From positions 192,001 to 256,000 of the forward strand of contig JBBRLQ010000004.1 in assembly GCA_038231275.1 (NCBI GenBank): a DNA stretch of 64,000 nucleotides, given 5' to 3'. The position numbers and the translations under genes were made by a program. The notes under the pieces were generated by a model. The model was not told the DNA's origin. It was given only the letters and a program-made list of their open reading frames with translations, and searched no databases. Shown piece after piece: positions 21,624 through 31,513 of the stretch (position 1 is its first letter; each line of letters begins with the position of its first letter). The stretch is from Polyangiales bacterium. Its GTDB lineage: Bacteria; Myxococcota_A; Polyangia; Polyangiales; Polyangiaceae.

Positions 21624-23603
21624 ATGGCGGCAAGTCTTATGGCACGTTTGATCCTCGCGACCGCCGAGGGGCAACAGGCAATCGAGCTGCGTCCGATCAA
21701 CAGCCTTGGTCGGCACCCCAACAACTCGATCCAGCTCCTCGACAAGATCGTATCGAAGGAGCACTGCATCCTCGAGCAGCGCGACGGGATCTTCATTCTC
21801 CGCGACCTGGGGAGCCTCAACGGCACCTACATCAACGGCGAGCGCGTCCGCGGCGAGCAGGCCCTTCGACATGGCGACGAGATCGCGCTCGGCTCCACGC
21901 GCGCGCGGTACGACGACGGCACCGGCCTCAACTTCGCCCCGCCGCCCGTCGGCCCCGGCGTCGTCACGCAGCAGAACCCGCCGAGCATGATGCAGAGCGG
22001 CCCTGGCGGAATGCAGCAGCAGCAGCAGCAGCACCAGGGCGGCGGCGGCGGCGGCGGCAACATGCAGCAGCAGCAACCGCAGCCGTGGCAGCAGCCGCAG
22101 CAAAGCCCCCCCAGCGCGATGCCTCACTCGGCCATGCCGTCGACGGCGATGCCGCCGCGCAATCCGCAGAACGCGTATGGGCAGCAGCAGCAGCAGCAAC
22201 AACCGCAGCCGCCGCCGAACGCGTACATGCAGGGTCGTGGTCAGCCGCCGCCGATGCAGCAGCAGCAGCAGTACATGCCCCATCGCCCGCCGAGCTTCGG
22301 CGGAACGCGCGTCGACGTCCTCGACAGCGCGCGGGCGATCGGCACGCAGATCGCCGCGCTCGCGAAGGGCTTCCTGCCGTTCGATCAGGTCGCCCACGAT
22401 CCGCAGCAACTCCGCACCGACTACGAGCGCCTCCGCATCACGTGGGAGCTGACGCGCGAGATCGGCCTCGAGCACGACACCGACAAGCTCCTCGAGAAGA
22501 TTCTCCTCGCCCTCTTCAAGTTCGTGAACGCCGATCGCGGCGTCATTCTGCTCCGCGAGGAAGACGGAATGCTCCAGCCGCGCGCCGCCCACCGCCGCGA
22601 CGGCACCGACGCGCCAATCCAAGTCTCGTCGACCATCCTCAGCCACGTCATGCGCGAGAAGGCCGCGGTGCTCACCCACGACGCGTCGATGGATTTCGCC
22701 TCTTCCAAGGGCAAATCCATGATTCTGAACCGCATCTCGAGCGCCATCGTCGTGCCGCTCCTCCACGAGAAGGAGAAGGAGGTGCTCGGCGCGCTCTGGC
22801 TCGACAGCGAGTCGCTCGCCCAATTCCAGCAAAAGGATCTCGAGCTCATCACCGCTGTCGCGAACCAGGCGTCGATGTTCATCGAGAACACCCTGCTCGC
22901 GAAGAAGGTCGAGCGCGAGATCGTCACGCGTGAGCGCTTCAGCCGGCTGCTCTCGCCGAACGTCGCGGAGCAGGTCATCAGCGGCCAGCTCGAGGTGAAG
23001 CAGGGCGGCGTGCTAGTGCCCGAGTGCACCGTCTTCAACAGCGACATCCGCGGCTTCACGCGCATGAGCGAGGGCACGAGCGCCGAGGCGATGGTCGATT
23101 TGCTCAACGAGTATTTCGAGCAGATGGTCGAGGCGATCTTCAAATACGAAGGCACGCTCGACAAGTTCATGGGCGACGGGATCATGGCCTTCTGGGGTGC
23201 GCCGGTGTTCCATCCCGACGACGCGGTGCGCGGCGTGCAGTGCGCGATCGAGCAGATGGAAGTGCTCGGCCGCTTCAACCGGAAGCGCGTCGAGCTCGGC
23301 GCGCCGCCGCTCGCCATCGGGATGGGCCTCCACACCGGGCCGCTCGTCGCGGGCTACGTCGGCTCCAGCAAAGCGCTCAGCTACACCGTCATCGGCGACA
23401 CGGCCAACACCAGCGCGCGCCTCTGCGGCATCGCGCTCTCCGGGCAAATCCTGGTGAGCGAGTACACGCTGGCGCGCCTCGGCCCGCGGTTCGAGGTCGA
23501 AGAGCTCCCGCCCGCGCACTTGAAGGGCAAGGAGAAGCCTCTCCGCATCTTCAACATCAAACGCGAGAAGCCGAGCGCCGCGGTCGCTGCACGGACGGCC
23601 TAA
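21624..23603 (+). CDS. FHA-GAF-class III adenylate cyclase
   Basis: FHA (LGRHP..VSKEH..DLGSLNGTYING), GAF, SDIRGFT, DKFMGDGIMA, YTVIGDTANTSARL; start 21624 or 21639. Confidence 0.92.
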   Translation: MAASLMARLILATAEGQQAIELRPINSLGRHPNNSIQLLDKIVSKEHCILEQRDGIFILRDLGSLNGTYINGERVRGEQALRHGDEIALGSTRARYDDGTGLNFAPPPVGPGVVTQQNPPSMMQSGPGGMQQQQQQHQGGGGGGGNMQQQQPQPWQQPQQSPPSAMPHSAMPSTAMPPRNPQNAYGQQQQQQQPQPPPNAYMQGRGQPPPMQQQQQYMPHRPPSFGGTRVDVLDSARAIGTQIAALAKGFLPFDQVAHDPQQLRTDYERLRITWELTREIGLEHDTDKLLEKILLALFKFVNADRGVILLREEDGMLQPRAAHRRDGTDAPIQVSSTILSHVMREKAAVLTHDASMDFASSKGKSMILNRISSAIVVPLLHEKEKEVLGALWLDSESLAQFQQKDLELITAVANQASMFIENTLLAKKVEREIVTRERFSRLLSPNVAEQVISGQLEVKQGGVLVPECTVFNSDIRGFTRMSEGTSAEAMVDLLNEYFEQMVEAIFKYEGTLDKFMGDGIMAFWGAPVFHPDDAVRGVQCAIEQMEVLGRFNRKRVELGAPPLAIGMGLHTGPLVAGYVGSSKALSYTVIGDTANTSARLCGIALSGQILVSEYTLARLGPRFEVEELPPAHLKGKEKPLRIFNIKREKPSAAVAARTA

Positions 23604-23604
23604 C

Positions 23605-24552
23605 GTGTACGTTCTGCCTTTCGAGAAGCCCGTCGTCGAGCTGCTCTCGCGGGTCAAAGACCTCCGCGAGCTCGCGAAGAGCGACGCGCGCCTGACGACC
23701 GAGCTGCGGCGCCTCGAGGACAAGGCCGGCAAGCTCGCACGCGAGCTCTTCGCCGATCTCTCGCCGTGGCAGAAGGTGCAGCTGTCGCGTCACCCGAACC
23801 GCCCCTACACGCTCGACTACGTGGAGATCCTGTTCACCGACTGGATGGAGCTCTCCGGCGACCGAAGGTTTGCCGAGGACGCGGCGATCGTGTGCGGCCT
23901 CGCGAAATTCCATGGAGAGAGCGTCGTCGTCGTCGGCCACCAGAAGGGCCGCAGCACCAAAGACAAGGTGACGCGCAACTTCGGGCAGGCCCACCCCGAG
24001 GGCAACCGCAAGGCGTGCCGCATGTACGAGATGGCGAGCCGCTTCGGACTGCCGATCCTCACGTTCATCGACACGCCCGGCGCGTTCCCCGGCATCGGCG
24101 CGGAGGAGCGCGGGCAGAGCGAGGCGATCGGCGCGTGCCTCGCCCAGATGTCGCGCGCGAAGGTCCCGATCGTCGCAACGATCATCGGCGAAGGAGGCTC
24201 CGGCGGCGCGCTCGCCCTCGGCGTCGCCAACGCCGTCCAGGTGATGGAGTACGGCACCTACAGCGTCATCTCGCCGGAGGGCTGCGCGTCGATCCTCTGG
24301 AAGGACGGCGCCAAGGCCGACGAGGCCGCGCTCAGAATGCGTATGACGGCCCCCGATCTTCTTCGATTCAAAGTGGTCGATCGAATCATCGACGAGCCGG
24401 CGGGCGGAGCGCACCAAGATCCCGAGGCGGCGGCGAAGCTCGTAGACGCGGCGCTGCGTGAATCCCTGAAAAAACTAGGCCGACTGGGCCCCGACGAGCT
24501 CGTCGACCAGCGCTACACGCGCTTCCGCTCGCTTGGCGCGTTCGTCGCGTAG
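23605..24552 (+). CDS. accA: acetyl-CoA carboxylase carboxyltransferase alpha subunit
   Basis: FEKP, RHPNRP, IDTPGAFPGIGAEERGQ, GEGGSGGAL, ISPEGCASILW. Confidence 0.96.
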   Translation: MYVLPFEKPVVELLSRVKDLRELAKSDARLTTELRRLEDKAGKLARELFADLSPWQKVQLSRHPNRPYTLDYVEILFTDWMELSGDRRFAEDAAIVCGLAKFHGESVVVVGHQKGRSTKDKVTRNFGQAHPEGNRKACRMYEMASRFGLPILTFIDTPGAFPGIGAEERGQSEAIGACLAQMSRAKVPIVATIIGEGGSGGALALGVANAVQVMEYGTYSVISPEGCASILWKDGAKADEAALRMRMTAPDLLRFKVVDRIIDEPAGGAHQDPEAAAKLVDAALRESLKKLGRLGPDELVDQRYTRFRSLGAFVA

Positions 24553-24607
24553 ATTCGAATAGGCTCGCCTCGGGAAGTGCGTCCGCGCGCCGGGCGTACC
24601 AATTTCC

Positions 24608-26611
24608 ATGGGCATCGCGGGTTCCATGCGCATGGGGAAGCTCGGTCTCTTGGGCCTCGTGATCGTCGCCGCGGGTTGCGCGGGGGCGAAGGGTGGCGGT
24701 GGGCAGGGCGCGGCCAAGGCGCCGGCGGCCAGTGCGCGCGCGGCCTCGTGCGCGGCGTACAAATCGGTGGCGCGGCCGTTGGGGGCGCCACACATGGGCG
24801 CGACCGTCGCGCTCGCCGAGGTCGAAGGCAAGACGATCGCGTACGTCGCCGACGAGGACGCACACGCGATCGAGGCGGTCGACGTCGACGCCGCGAAGAT
24901 GCTCGCTACGACGCCGCTCGAAGGCGCTCCCTCGCAGCTCATGATCCTCGCGGACGGTCGCGTCGTCGTGCTGCTGCGTGACGCGGGGCGCATGGTCGTC
25001 CTCGAAGCGGAGGGAGCGGCGCGACCGCTCGCGGAGCGATGCTCGGTCGCGACCGACGCGGAGCCGGTGGCCCTGGCGTCGACGAAAGACGACGGCAAGG
25101 TGCTCGTGTCGACGGGGTGGGGCCAGACGCTCGGCGTGTACGAAGGCGCCAAACTCTCCCCGCTCGCCAAGGTCAAGCTCCCCCGCGAGCCACGCGCGGT
25201 CGCGTTGGGCGACGACGACAAGGTCGCGTACGTCTCGCACGCGGTGGGAGGCGCCATCAGCGTCGTGGATCTCGGCTCGCTGGAGGCCAAGCAGGTCCCG
25301 CTGCGCGGCCACGACGGTCGCTTCACGGCGCGCGGCCGCTCGAAGAAATTTCGTAAGTCGATCCCGTTCAATCCCAGCGATCCCAACTCAGGCCGAATGT
25401 CCTGCCAGAGCTTCGCGCTCGCCAAGTCGATGGCCCCGGGCGGCCGCATCCTCGCGCCGCAGGTCTTCGTCGACGCCGGAGATCCCGAGCAGCGCACCGA
25501 AGGGTACGGCGACGTGAACCAGCCTACCGAGGTGCCGGGCATCGCGGTGCTCGACGAAGGCACGCGCGCGCCCATCGACAGCTCGCTCGTGCCCTCCGTC
25601 GACGCGGCCGTGTTCGGCGGACAGAAGGACGCGCGCGATCACCACGAAGAGTGCCTCCTGCCACGCGCGGCGGCGACGGATCCGCGTTCGCGCACCCTGC
25701 TGGTCGCGTGCGCGGGGATCGATACGGTCATCGCCTACGACGCGTCCTCGGGCGCGCCAGCCACGAGCGAGAAGAGGCGGTGGGTGACCGGCGCCGGTCC
25801 GAGCGGCATCGCCGTCGATCCGAAGAAGCCGCGTGCCTTCGTCTGGTCGCAGTTCGATCGCACCCTCGGCACGCTCGACATGGCGTCGAACGATCTCGTC
25901 GACGACAAGGGCCTCGCACCCAAGCAGGTCGCGCACGTGACGATGCCGGCGCTCGCGACCCCGGTTCCCGTGGCGTACGCGCTCGGCCGCAGCCTCTTTC
26001 ATGCCGTCGGAGACACGCGTGTTTCCAAGGACGGCCGCGCCTGCGCGAGCTGCCACCCCGACGGCCGCGACGACGCGATTACGTGGGCCACGCCCGACGG
26101 ACCCCGCCGTTCCATCATGCTGGCCGGGCGCGTCGCGACGTCGTCGCCCTACTCCTGGAACGGCGGCGAGAAGTCGCTGCAAGATCACCTCGCGAACACG
26201 TTCGACCGCCTCGGCGGCACCGGGCTCAAGAGCCTCGAGCTCGACGCGATCGTGACGTACATCTCGACGATGCACGGCCCCGCGCGGATCACCCCGCCTG
26301 CCGACGGCAAAGTGCAGCGCGGCGCGGCGATCTTCGCCTCGAAGGAGGCCAAGTGCGCCGAGTGCCACGCGAGCGCGACGTTCGCCGACGGCGCACTCCA
26401 CGACGTCCAGAGCCGCGCCAAGAGTGATCGCACCGAGGCGTTCGACACACCGTCGCTCCGCTTCGTCGGCGGCACGGGGCCGTACTTCCACGACGGGCGT
26501 TACAAGTCTCTCCACGATCTGTTGCGCGACGTCGACGGGAAGATGGGGCACACGAAGCAGCTCTCCGAGAACGATCTCGACGCGCTCGAGTCGTACCTGA
26601 GGACGCTATGA
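24608..26611 (+). CDS. lipoprotein: YVTN-type beta-propeller plus di-haem cytochrome c (bCcP/MauG-like)
   Basis: lipobox AAGC; EPVALA, EPRAVA, GPSGIA blades; CASCH and CAECH; FDTPSLR..GPYFHDG. Confidence 0.85.
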   Translation: MGIAGSMRMGKLGLLGLVIVAAGCAGAKGGGGQGAAKAPAASARAASCAAYKSVARPLGAPHMGATVALAEVEGKTIAYVADEDAHAIEAVDVDAAKMLATTPLEGAPSQLMILADGRVVVLLRDAGRMVVLEAEGAARPLAERCSVATDAEPVALASTKDDGKVLVSTGWGQTLGVYEGAKLSPLAKVKLPREPRAVALGDDDKVAYVSHAVGGAISVVDLGSLEAKQVPLRGHDGRFTARGRSKKFRKSIPFNPSDPNSGRMSCQSFALAKSMAPGGRILAPQVFVDAGDPEQRTEGYGDVNQPTEVPGIAVLDEGTRAPIDSSLVPSVDAAVFGGQKDARDHHEECLLPRAAATDPRSRTLLVACAGIDTVIAYDASSGAPATSEKRRWVTGAGPSGIAVDPKKPRAFVWSQFDRTLGTLDMASNDLVDDKGLAPKQVAHVTMPALATPVPVAYALGRSLFHAVGDTRVSKDGRACASCHPDGRDDAITWATPDGPRRSIMLAGRVATSSPYSWNGGEKSLQDHLANTFDRLGGTGLKSLELDAIVTYISTMHGPARITPPADGKVQRGAAIFASKEAKCAECHASATFADGALHDVQSRAKSDRTEAFDTPSLRFVGGTGPYFHDGRYKSLHDLLRDVDGKMGHTKQLSENDLDALESYLRTL

Positions 26612-27582
26612 CCCGCCCCGGTTTGCGCGTCGTCGGCGCCGTTGCCGCGGCGTCGTTCGTCGCTCTTTCAGGCGCGCGCGCGCGCGCCGCCGAGCCGGCT
26701 CCGACGCCGAGCTTTTCGGAGCTTCCCGCAGGCGCGATGTCGGATCCTCCGACCAAGAAGACACCGTGGGGCATCGGCGCCGGCGAGCACGCGAAGGGCT
26801 TCGTCATCCAGCGGATGCCCGGCGAGTACACGGTCGTCGCCGCGACGAAGACCGATCCGGGCACCGTCCCGCCGGGCGGCGCACCCGTGTGCTACTCGCA
26901 GCCCGTTTCGCTGGGCTTTGCGATGGACGGCGAGCCCCCTACGCAAGAGTGGGCGCAGCCCCAGCCCATGGTGAACCTGCCGGGCGCGGGCGAGCTCGGC
27001 GGACGCAACGGCGTGACCGCGCTCCACTCCGAGCGCGTGGTGCCGGTCGACGCGACGCACGCGACGCTCGAGTGGATCGACGCGTGGGTGGATCCGACGA
27101 CGCGCGGCTCGCGCCTGATCGCCAAGGGGTCCCTTCCCTTGCGTGTGATTCGCGAGCTGCCGGGCGGCGGACAGATCCTCGCCGGGCGCGACGCGGAGCG
27201 CGTCCACGTCGTCGTGATGGAGTCACCGACGAAGAAGCAGTCGTTCGGCGGCCGCGATCAGCTCATCGCCGTCACGCCGCGCGGGATGACCGGCGCGTCC
27301 GGGTGCCATCACGTCCGCGTGGGCCTCCGCGCCGAGAAAGGCACGGCGGACACCGTGACGATCTTCACAAACGCGCAGCTCCCGGACCTCGAGGACGCCG
27401 CGGCGCGCGCGCCGCTCGGCGCAAAGACGTCGTTCGCCACGCTCAGGGTGCGTCCCGTCGCGGTGGCGGCGAGCGTCACGTGGGCGAGCCGCGACGCCGA
27501 GCCGGTCGTCGCGATCTCCGCCGGATGGCGGGCCCGCGAGAGCACGGTTCAGGCTCTCGCAGGACCCACGTCCGGATTCTAA
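26608..27582 (+). CDS. secreted hypothetical protein
   Basis: ATGA overlap with upstream gene; signal peptide ending ARA-AE. Confidence 0.7.
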   Translation: MTRPGLRVVGAVAAASFVALSGARARAAEPAPTPSFSELPAGAMSDPPTKKTPWGIGAGEHAKGFVIQRMPGEYTVVAATKTDPGTVPPGGAPVCYSQPVSLGFAMDGEPPTQEWAQPQPMVNLPGAGELGGRNGVTALHSERVVPVDATHATLEWIDAWVDPTTRGSRLIAKGSLPLRVIRELPGGGQILAGRDAERVHVVVMESPTKKQSFGGRDQLIAVTPRGMTGASGCHHVRVGLRAEKGTADTVTIFTNAQLPDLEDAAARAPLGAKTSFATLRVRPVAVAASVTWASRDAEPVVAISAGWRARESTVQALAGPTSGF

Positions 27583-27609
27583 AGACGCACGCGGACTCGC
27601 CGCGTCAGA

Positions 27610-28185
27610 TCAGATGCAGGTGTGACCGGTCGGCGAGGCGCACGCGCCGCCGCCGCCCGCGAGCGACACGCAGCAGTTGCTCGTGCAGTCGGAGCTCGAC
27701 GAGCAACCGGCGTGGCACGCCCCGTCGTCGCTCACGCACTTCTGACCCTGCGGTCCGATGCCCGCGCCGGACTGGCAGCACTGGGACGTGGTCGTGCAGT
27801 TCCCGCCGGGTCCAGAGCATTGGCCGCCGCTGCTGCTGCCGCTGGTGCCGCTGCTCGAGGCGCCGCTGGTGCCGCTGCTCGAGCTGGAGCTGCCCGGGCA
27901 CGCCGAGCTGCGCTTGGTGCACGACGACGTGTCGCTCTGGTTGAAGCACTTGTCGAGCGCGCCCTGGTTCGGGCAGTCGAAGTAGTTGTTGTTGAGCCCG
28001 CAGCAGAACGCGCTCGAGCCGCTGGAGGAGCTCGACGAGCTGGTCCCACTCGTGCCGCTGCTGGTCCCGCCGTTGGAGCTCCCGCTGGTGCCCCCGCTCG
28101 ACGAGCCGCCGGTGCTGCTGGTGCTGCTACACGCGAAGACAGCGAAAGACATGGAGAAAAGGGCCACGATGACTTTGGAACGCAT
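27610..28185 (-). CDS. Ser/Gly-rich, Cys-rich lipoprotein with knottin-like units
   Basis: lipobox VFAC; 18 further Cys in three 6-Cys blocks. Confidence 0.8.
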   Translation of the reverse strand: MRSKVIVALFSMSFAVFACSSTSSTGGSSSGGTSGSSNGGTSSGTSGTSSSSSSSGSSAFCCGLNNNYFDCPNQGALDKCFNQSDTSSCTKRSSACPGSSSSSSGTSGASSSGTSGSSSGGQCSGPGGNCTTTSQCCQSGAGIGPQGQKCVSDDGACHAGCSSSSDCTSNCCVSLAGGGGACASPTGHTCI

Positions 28186-28376
28186 GGGCGACGACCTCGT
28201 TTCGAGTGGATTTCGAGCCGGGACAGCCATGTGCAGTCTCGCTGCGCACGATGGTCCCACCTTTCAGTATGGACACGCACAATCCCACCCGTAGCGTTCC
28301 AAGTCAACCGTAGCGGCGCATTTTCTCGCGTCGGCTGGCTTTCTTCGAAGGGTTCCGGAGCGTTGCCTCGCGTGCT

Positions 28377-29153
28377 ATGAGCAGGGCCATGGAACCGGGC
28401 AGCACAATCCAGCTCAGCGGTAAGGTCGCCATCCTGACCGGCGCTAGCCGCGGGATCGGCGAGGCCATGGCGCGCGCGTTCGTCCGCGCAGGCGCCAAGG
28501 TCGTGCTCGCCGCACGCAAACCCGAGGGTGTCCAGGCGGTGGCCGCGTCGCTCGGCGAGAGCGCGCTCGGCGTCGCGGCACACACCGGCAAAGAGTCCGA
28601 CTGCGTCGCGCTCGTCGACGCGGCGATCAAACATTTCGGCAAGGTCGATCTCCTCGTCAACAACGCGGCGACCAACCCGCACTTCGGCCCGATGCTCGAC
28701 TGCGAGATGGGCGCGTTCGACAAGACCTTCGAGGTGAACCTCAAGGGCTATTTTTGGATGATCCGCGGCGTCGCGAGGCACCTGCAGTCACGCAATGCGC
28801 CGGGCGCCATCGTCAACGTCGCGAGCGTCGCCGCGCTCGAGGCCGCGCCGATGCAGGGCGTGTACGGGATGACGAAGGCCGCGGTGGTGTCGATGACCAA
28901 GACGCTCGCGTACGAGCTCGGCGGTTCCAAGATCCGCGTCAACGCGATCGCTCCGGGCCTCGTCGACACGCGCCTCGCGAGCGCGATCGTGCAGAACGAA
29001 GACCTCGTGAAGATGGTGAAGGCGAAGACCCCGCTAGGGCGGGTCGCGCAGCCGGACGAGATCGCTGGCGGAGCGGTCTACCTTTGCTCCGATGCTGCAA
29101 ATTTCTTGACGGGACACACACTTGTGATCGACGGAGGGTTGACCGTCTGCTAA
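28377..29153 (+). CDS. short-chain dehydrogenase/reductase (DHRS4-like)
   Basis: TGASRGIG, NNAATNP, YGMTK, NAIAPG, IDGG. Confidence 0.93.
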   Translation: MSRAMEPGSTIQLSGKVAILTGASRGIGEAMARAFVRAGAKVVLAARKPEGVQAVAASLGESALGVAAHTGKESDCVALVDAAIKHFGKVDLLVNNAATNPHFGPMLDCEMGAFDKTFEVNLKGYFWMIRGVARHLQSRNAPGAIVNVASVAALEAAPMQGVYGMTKAAVVSMTKTLAYELGGSKIRVNAIAPGLVDTRLASAIVQNEDLVKMVKAKTPLGRVAQPDEIAGGAVYLCSDAANFLTGHTLVIDGGLTVC

Positions 29154-29189
29154 CTGGGCGGCTCAACTTGGTGGAGTAGAACGCGACCG

Positions 29190-30689
29190 ATGGAGTCGGG
29201 GCAGACCATCGCGGGTAAATACCGTCTCAACCAGCTTCTGGGGGCTGGAGGGATGGCGTCCGTCTGGTCGGCGACCAATATGTTCACCGAGCGCCAGGTC
29301 GCGGTGAAGTTCATGCTCCCCGCGGTCGCTCGGACGCAAGAGGCCGCGCGCCGCTTCCTGATGGAAGCGAAGGTCACAGCGCGCATCGATCACCCGAACG
29401 TGATCGAGATCATGGACGTCGGCCAGACCGAGGACGGGACGCTCTTCCTCGTGATGGAGCTGCTCACGGGCGTGTCGCTCGAGACGGCGCTGAAGCGGCA
29501 ACAGCCGACGATGACGCTGCACGAGTTCTGCTTCGTGATGATCCAGGTCGCGCGTGCGCTCGTGGCGGCGCACAAGCGCGGCATCATCCACCGCGATCTG
29601 AAGCCCACGAACATCTTCCTCCACAAATCGCGCGACGGCGTCGCGGTGCCCAAGCTCCTCGACTTCGGCGTCAGCAAATTCCTGGACGACGAGGGCAGCA
29701 AGAACCACGCGCTCACCGTCGCCGGCACCGTGCTCGGCTCGCCGCTCTACATGAGCCCCGAGCAAGCGCGCGGCGAGAACGACATCGACGGCCGCACCGA
29801 CATCTTCGCGTTCGGCGGGATCATGTTCGAGGCGCTGTGCGGCACGCGCGCGTACGACGGCGCGAACTTCAACCAGCTCATCGTCGCGATCGCGACCAAG
29901 CCGCCGAAGGACATCGAAGAGATCGCGCCGCAGATGCCCGAGGTGCTGCGCGAGGTCGTGCGCGTGTGCCTCGTCTCCGAGCGCGACAAGCGCGTGCAGT
30001 CTTTGGACCCGGTGGCGGAGCGCTTGCTCGCCGCACTGCCGGATCTCGAGCACTCGGGGCTGCGGCTCCCCTCGCCCGCCGGATCGAGCGCCGATCCCGA
30101 CGCGACGAACGCGCTGCCCGTCGTGAGGCCCAGCGACCGTCCGCCGCCGCTCTCGCTGTCCGAGGGGGGCGGCACGCACACGCCGTGGGCCACGCCATCT
30201 GGCATCGCGACGCAGACGGTGAACAAGCGCCGCCAGCAGCAGAACGGCATCATCGTCGCGATCGCGGCGGCGGCGGCGGTGTTCATCGTCATGGCGGTGG
30301 GCGTGGTCGCGGTGCTGAAGCTGCGCCGCGCACCCGCCACGCCGGCGACGACCCTGCCGACCACTGCCCCGCCGCCCTCGCCGCCGCCGCCCTCGCCCAC
30401 CACCGACGACGGCCCCCCGGTCATCAACGTGGACTCGCTCCCGATCGCCAAGTCCGGCTCCGGCGCCGCGCGCGGAATGGGGCGCCTCACGATCGTCGCC
30501 GAGGGGTTCTTCTGCAGCGTGTCGATCGACGGCAAACCTTTGGGGACCACGCCGATCGCCCAAGTGACGGTGCCGGCGGGGACACATCACCTCAAGTGCG
30601 AGCCGCCGTCCGGCAAGGTCCGCAACGCGACCGTCGTGGTGGCGCCCGGGAGCGACGCGACGCTCTACAAATTCCCCGCCAACGAGTGA
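29190..30689 (+). CDS. Hanks-type Ser/Thr kinase with TM helix and PEGA-like C-terminal domain
   Basis: GAGGMA, VAVK, HRDLKPTN, DFG, MSPEQ; TM; SIDGKPLGTTPI. Confidence 0.93.
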   Translation: MESGQTIAGKYRLNQLLGAGGMASVWSATNMFTERQVAVKFMLPAVARTQEAARRFLMEAKVTARIDHPNVIEIMDVGQTEDGTLFLVMELLTGVSLETALKRQQPTMTLHEFCFVMIQVARALVAAHKRGIIHRDLKPTNIFLHKSRDGVAVPKLLDFGVSKFLDDEGSKNHALTVAGTVLGSPLYMSPEQARGENDIDGRTDIFAFGGIMFEALCGTRAYDGANFNQLIVAIATKPPKDIEEIAPQMPEVLREVVRVCLVSERDKRVQSLDPVAERLLAALPDLEHSGLRLPSPAGSSADPDATNALPVVRPSDRPPPLSLSEGGGTHTPWATPSGIATQTVNKRRQQQNGIIVAIAAAAAVFIVMAVGVVAVLKLRRAPATPATTLPTTAPPPSPPPPSPTTDDGPPVINVDSLPIAKSGSGAARGMGRLTIVAEGFFCSVSIDGKPLGTTPIAQVTVPAGTHHLKCEPPSGKVRNATVVVAPGSDATLYKFPANE

Positions 30690-31507
30690 CCGTGGGCGAG
30701 GGCGAGATCCAGCGGATGATCGCCGAGGCGTGCCTCGCGGCGGGCTCCGAGGAGGAGTTCACGAACGATCTGCGCGGCTTCCTCACGCGGCACGGCGTGC
30801 CCGCGAAGGACATCGAGGCCATCGTGGCCGCTCCGCCTCGCCTCTCGCTGTACCGACGGCTCGTGCGCGGGAACGTCGCCGGGGTCACGCAGCGGATGAT
30901 GCCGCGAACGCGCGCGCGCCTGAACGCGGCGGGCGGCCTCTTCGACGCCTCGTTCGATAGGTTCCTCGAAGAGCGGGCGCCGCGAACGCACTACCTCCGC
31001 GACGTGCCCTCCGAGTTCCTCGCATGGGTCGCGCCGCGGTGGCGCGCGCAGAAGGAGGTCCCTGCATACGCGGCCGATCTCGCGGCGCACGAGGTCGTCG
31101 AGTTCGAGATCTGCGCCGCGCCGGTCCCGGCCGATCCGCCGCCGCTTGGCGAGGTCGCGCTCGATCGCGCGCTCGTCTTCACCGACGCCAAGCGCGTGAT
31201 GCGCTACGCGCACGCGGTCCACCTGCTCCCGGCCGACGAGGACGATCGTACGGCGCCCGATGCGCGCGACGTGACGCTGCTCGTCTACCGCGACGACGAG
31301 CACGCGGCGCGCTTCCTCGAGCTGAGCCCGCTGGCCGGCGCGATCGTCACGCACCTCATCGCAGGCGAACCGCTCGGCGCAGCGCTCGGCGCGGCGTGCG
31401 CAGCGCTGGGCTTCACCCTGGGCGACGCGATCCTCGCCGACACCGCTCGTCTGCTCGCGGATCTCGGCGATCGCGGCGTCCTCCTCGGCGCGCGTCCGAA
31501 CACCTGA
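30686..31507 (+). CDS. DUF2063-family MNIO partner protein (HvfC/BufC-like)
   Basis: GTGA overlap with kinase; RLSLYRRLVRGN, PRT, PSEFLAW, DLAAHE, LLVYRD; adjacent to DUF692. Confidence 0.8.
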   Translation: MTVGEGEIQRMIAEACLAAGSEEEFTNDLRGFLTRHGVPAKDIEAIVAAPPRLSLYRRLVRGNVAGVTQRMMPRTRARLNAAGGLFDASFDRFLEERAPRTHYLRDVPSEFLAWVAPRWRAQKEVPAYAADLAAHEVVEFEICAAPVPADPPPLGEVALDRALVFTDAKRVMRYAHAVHLLPADEDDRTAPDARDVTLLVYRDDEHAARFLELSPLAGAIVTHLIAGEPLGAALGAACAALGFTLGDAILADTARLLADLGDRGVLLGARPNT

Positions 31508-31513
31508 GCGCGG

